DNA from: Cyanophora paradoxa CCMP329
Lineage: Eukaryota; Plantae; Glaucophyta
Direction: 5' to 3'
Length of the DNA stretch: 64,000 bases
Assembly (NCBI GenBank): GCA_004431415.1
Contig: QPMI01000144.1
Location: 1 to 64,000 of the forward strand
This document shows, piece after piece, positions 60,292 to 64,000 of the stretch. The first letter of the stretch is position 1. Each line of letters begins with the position of its first letter. The translations under genes and the position numbers were made by a program. The notes beneath the pieces are model-generated. The model saw nothing but the letters and a program-made list of their open reading frames with translations, made no database searches and had not been told where the DNA came from.

Positions 60292-61317
60292 ATGGCTACT
60301 CAAATAGCAGTCCCTGTTTTCTGTTACGCTGCACCGAAAATTCATCAACTCAACCACACTGTAACAGATGCAACTCCGGGTTTTATTTGCACAGAAACAA
60401 CAGGAGCAGATTCATTTTCGCAGAACTCTTTGATTCGATGCAAGGAAATCCGGTGTGATCGCAATGGGGGCAAAGTGAGAACCACAGGTCTCATCGTTTC
60501 GAACAAGAACCAAGTTCAATCAGGACAGATCGTTTCTGATTCCGCAATCTATGATGATGTGGGAGGGTTCACCACACCCAAGATTGTTACGTTTGATAAC
60601 ACAAGTAATAATTCTGCTCTTGTCGTGAAAAGTGGAGGTGCTTACATCGGAGATGGTGCGAGGATTGATGGAAACCTTACAGCTGAGCAACTCACAGTAA
60701 CAGGAACGACTACTTTTAATAACTTAGTAACAGCTAATGGTGGTGTGTATGTCCCTGGTGCTCAGCAGTCTATTGTGACAGCAACTACCAAAATTGTTAC
60801 ACCCGAAGTAGATACAGGTTCGAGCTCAAATCTTCTCTTGAAACGCAATAGTAATCTCATGGCGACACTGGAAGCCAATAGTCTCACTCTAAATACAGGT
60901 TGTTACTTCAAGTACGATTTTCAACCTCGATTCTGCGCACAACTTGGTTACACACATGTTGCTTCAAGTGCTGCTCCTCTGATCAACTGGACAACAGTTT
61001 TTATAGACAACAGAGGTGCCTTCAATACAGGCAATGGAAGATATACAGCTCCTGTTGCAGGACATTACAGATTAACTGTAAATTCTTCCTCAACATCTTC
61101 AACAGCTGTAAGTCTGACTTTGCAGGTAAACGATACTAACCCTGGTGGTCTGACCATCTTCACATCTGGAACTTCAACTACAATTGCAGCGAAACCTCTA
61201 TATATCAACGTTATACTCAATCTTGCTGCCGGAGAATATGTCACAATTGTCACAGGAACAGCTGGTAGTTATGCAAGTCGAACAACATTTACAGCTGAAC
61301 TTCTAAGTATCACATAA
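60292..61317 (+). CDS. Fibre/spike paralog 2 with C1q-like head
   Basis: KEIRCDRNGGKVRTT; FNTGNGRYTAPVAGHYRL, LNLAAGEYVTI. Confidence 0.85.
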   Translation: MATQIAVPVFCYAAPKIHQLNHTVTDATPGFICTETTGADSFSQNSLIRCKEIRCDRNGGKVRTTGLIVSNKNQVQSGQIVSDSAIYDDVGGFTTPKIVTFDNTSNNSALVVKSGGAYIGDGARIDGNLTAEQLTVTGTTTFNNLVTANGGVYVPGAQQSIVTATTKIVTPEVDTGSSSNLLLKRNSNLMATLEANSLTLNTGCYFKYDFQPRFCAQLGYTHVASSAAPLINWTTVFIDNRGAFNTGNGRYTAPVAGHYRLTVNSSSTSSTAVSLTLQVNDTNPGGLTIFTSGTSTTIAAKPLYINVILNLAAGEYVTIVTGTAGSYASRTTFTAELLSIT

Positions 61318-61339
61318 ATTTTCTCTCTATAATGTAGGA

Positions 61340-61606
61340 ATGTCGAATATCTACCAAGTGGTTCTCTCAGATACTGAGAAGTTGGGAATGGAATATTGTG
61401 CTGCTTCTGTTCAGGATTGGATTGATAATGTCGTTCATAACAGGGCAAGAATTGCAATTGATGAGATTGTTCAGAAAGAAATTCAATCTTGCATCTCATC
61501 AGGAGTTCAAATACCAACCTCAAAGGAAGCCATTGTGTCACAGGCATTCCAAAGGGGAACTGTAAAGAAAGGCATCGAGTATAATAATGTCACAGAAGAG
61601 CAGTGA
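61340..61606 (+). CDS. Small phage-like protein next to the C1q fibre genes
   Basis: LSDTEKLGMEYCAASVQDWIDNVVHNRARIAIDEIV; resembles small proteins I recall beside fibre genes of aquatic tailed phages (not searched). Confidence 0.65.
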   Translation: MSNIYQVVLSDTEKLGMEYCAASVQDWIDNVVHNRARIAIDEIVQKEIQSCISSGVQIPTSKEAIVSQAFQRGTVKKGIEYNNVTEEQ

Positions 61607-61654
61607 AGCTATAGCTTGTCTGCAGCCTATTTTTTTCTCTCGCATTTCTATCAA

Positions 61655-62502
61655 ATGACCGAGTACAATCGGGTTCAGCTACCTATCTACTCACTGGGCT
61701 CCCCAGCCATCCATATGAGGCAGCATGAAGTTAGCGATGCTATTGCGGATTAGAGTCCACTGAGCGTCCAAACTCAACTAATGCATTTGATCAACGATCT
61801 GTGATTCGGTGTAAAGAATTGCGCGCAGATAAAAACTCTGGGGTTGTAAAAACAACGCGATTATTAGTCACTAATGCAAATTTTTCCCAGCCCATAACAG
61901 GGGGAGTTGATTCGTACAGTGTTGACCTCCGAAGCATAAACTATGATCAAAACACTGCTGCCCTCACTGTGCGCTCCGGGGGAGCAGCTATTACTGGAGC
62001 TTGCCGTGTTAGTGGAGGACTATCATCATCGATTGCCATCAATGATGTTCCAGACTTTTCATTAGAGAATGTCGAAAATCGTAAACGAGTTCGAATGTAC
62101 TTACCTTGCTGTGACCTCCCCTATGCACAAGCTCTAGTAGAAGTTGAGATAACCATAGCAAATTCAAGTACACCAAATGGTCTGGATGGTGAGAGGTTGC
62201 TTTCAAACAGAGAAATACCGAAGGCACTTCAATCACTCTGTCAGGATCAAAATGATCAGATAGGGCATGTGTATACGTTCTTTGTGCAAGGTCTTGGGCA
62301 TGCTGGCCGGGGATACGTAGTTCGTAATATCAATACAAGGCATCTTTTCGATTTATATGCTACCGCTATAGGCAGATATTCTATCCTAATAATCGGATAT
62401 CGCTCCGATGTAGCTGCATCAGCGGCCACTAGAGGACTGAACCCTGATCCAGCACTCAATAATATGTATGAGGAGAACAATCCAGAAAATCCTATAGCTT
62501 GA
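61655..62502 (+). CDS. Fibre/spike paralog 3 (frameshift near 61747), non-C1q head
   Basis: HEVSDA..GLESTE..RCKELRADKNSGVVKTT. Confidence 0.78.
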
Positions 62503-62530
62503 GTGAAAGTTTTATCTTCTGTTTTCTAAA

Positions 62531-63364
62531 ATGGAAGCTGTTGAAAGAATTGTTGTTCCCTCTTTGACACTAGCAGCCCCAGCAAATCACGTCCTCCAGC
62601 ATGCTGTCTCAGACGACGTGCCTGGTCTGCAATCAACTGAGCAGCAGCCAACTCTAAATACCTTCCGGGAGAATCACATATTACGTTTAGGCGAGGTTCG
62701 ATGCGACAAAAATAATGGGACAATAAAAACAACAAGTCTCCTTGTAACCAATGCAAACTTTAATTCAAATTATGGGGATCCTGATAGCTATGACGATGCT
62801 AATAAGGTCAATACTTTTACCTTTGAATCAAGAACAGGTGCCGTCACCTGCAGATTTGGAGGTGCTTATATTGGCGATGGTCTGAGAGTAGGCGGCGCTG
62901 CTTGTGCTCCTATATTTGTTAATGATCAACCTAACCCTGAAAACACAAATGAAAGAATTCGAACCTATGTGCCTTCTATGAATTCGCCTTACATTATTAA
63001 ACTATTCACCCTAAACATAAATGAGCAAACATCGATTGTAGATAACGTTCAGCCACTCGGAAATCATTTCAAGAGTGTTGTTGATATTCCCCCGGATGTC
63101 TACTTCCTTTGTAGAAGGAATGATGCTCTCCGGCCAAACATAGCTGTTTTGATCAATCCTATCGATAATTTTGGTGTCGCTTTCCATTCGACTCCAGTTG
63201 GGGTTGAAGATTACCAGTTTATTGTGAGGGCCACGCTAATGGGTGCCTACAAAATTATTCTATTTGCTGAAAGAACAGATGTGATTGCAAGCGGGGTCAA
63301 GTATGGTGAGACCTTCAATTCGAATCGTTACTTTCCAATTGGAGGGGCTGATCCCAACCCATAG
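62531..63364 (+). CDS. Fibre/spike paralog 4, head related to paralog 3
   Basis: HAVSDDVPGLQSTE..GEVRCDKNNGTIKTT; RIRTYVPS..PY and GAYKIILFAERTDV match paralog 3. Confidence 0.8.
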   Translation: MEAVERIVVPSLTLAAPANHVLQHAVSDDVPGLQSTEQQPTLNTFRENHILRLGEVRCDKNNGTIKTTSLLVTNANFNSNYGDPDSYDDANKVNTFTFESRTGAVTCRFGGAYIGDGLRVGGAACAPIFVNDQPNPENTNERIRTYVPSMNSPYIIKLFTLNINEQTSIVDNVQPLGNHFKSVVDIPPDVYFLCRRNDALRPNIAVLINPIDNFGVAFHSTPVGVEDYQFIVRATLMGAYKIILFAERTDVIASGVKYGETFNSNRYFPIGGADPNP

Positions 63365-63397
63365 AATCTTTGTTTTTATATATATTACCCCTTGTAG

Positions 63398-63802
63398 ATG
63401 GATCTGCTCCGTAAATGCATGGACATGTTCCATCTCAACGTCACCAGCAAATTGAAATGCAGTTGCTGCGAGACAACTATCAACCTCGAAATATCTGACA
63501 CTGAGGGCTCACGCACCCCTGATACTCAGCTATCGCCTAATAACACACCCGGACTTCTAGGTCCAATTCTCCTTTTACGCGATCTGATTCACCTATACCA
63601 TGGCTTGATTCTGAAAGCCGAAGATCGTCTTGGCCACCCCAAATATCCCGAAGCCCCTGAAAAGAAAGAAGTCCTTGCTATCAAGTTTCAGAAAGGAGAA
63701 GACTCCAGTTGCCGAAAAGCAACCAGATCAAGTGGAATGAGGCCGCACCAGACCGCTCTGGGGGCCCGTACCGCTTGGGAGGTCGCCCCTGATAGCGCCT
63801 AG
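63398..63802 (+). CDS. Small conserved CCET protein, homolog of 8684-8917 (3' end uncertain)
   Basis: MDLLRKCMDMFHLNVTSKLKCSCCETTINLEISDTE. Confidence 0.7.
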   Translation: MDLLRKCMDMFHLNVTSKLKCSCCETTINLEISDTEGSRTPDTQLSPNNTPGLLGPILLLRDLIHLYHGLILKAEDRLGHPKYPEAPEKKEVLAIKFQKGEDSSCRKATRSSGMRPHQTALGARTAWEVAPDSA

Positions 63803-64000
63803 ATAGAGCTCCCTCGATATTCTCTACTCAGATCCAAATGCACTCGCCCTCACGCCTTCCAATCTTCAAATCCATGCTCGTCCATCATCACGCCTAATTA
63901 ACACGCCTAACTGATCTCAGAAAAATCGCTAATTGATGACGCTAGAAGGGGTGGATCCCTGAAGGTAAAACCAGACTTTGGGGGCGGTCTGGTTTGGGGG
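63739..64000 (-). repeat. Right TIR of element 2 (cut by the window edge)
   Basis: Reverse complement of 39422-39683. Confidence 0.95.

Larger units (their letters stand above)
39401..64000 (+). mobile_element. Endogenous Polinton-like virus, element 2 (~24.6 kb, nearly complete)
   Basis: Bounded by TIRs; pPolB, rve integrase, ATPase, MCP, two minor capsid genes and fibre genes; no adenain-type protease seen. Confidence 0.95.

Noticed and set aside
59198-61317. Diversity-generating retroelement acting on the fibre genes
   Set aside because: No RT in the element; paralog differences are mostly synonymous, not adenine-specific; similarity is N-terminal rather than a TR/VR pair

Overview
Eukaryotic DNA from a very GC-rich, intron-dense protist (short GT/GC-AG introns; a glaucophyte-like alga is only a guess). 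Two AT-richer endogenous Polinton-like viruses (PLVs) flank an ~21 kb host segment. Element 1 (~1418-15590; left part lies outside the window) encodes a Maverick-type pPolB with decayed proofreading motifs, a Prim-Pol/D5-SF3 primase-helicase with iteron cassettes, a packaging ATPase, a major capsid protein (MCP) and two minor capsid proteins. A LINE interrupts its rve integrase, and its right end is a long fold-back abutting a second, Ulp1-bearing LINE. The host segment holds a stand-alone ketoacyl synthase, an ABCB/MDR transporter with dozens of introns, a secreted repeat protein and a RING protein. Element 2 (~39401 to just past 64000) has >=262-bp TIRs and a homologous capsid module but a different pPolB. 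It also carries an rve integrase, an intron-containing F-box/Cys-repeat gene, a patatin-discoidin lipase, an HNH-AP2 endonuclease flanked by two versions of its neighbour's N-terminus, a phage-like His-x-His fibre and four paralogous fibre/spike genes with a shared N-terminal domain and exchanged heads. Many viral genes are broken by 1-nt indels, often at homopolymers (assembly error or decay). All family assignments come from motif recognition by eye; no database search was run.
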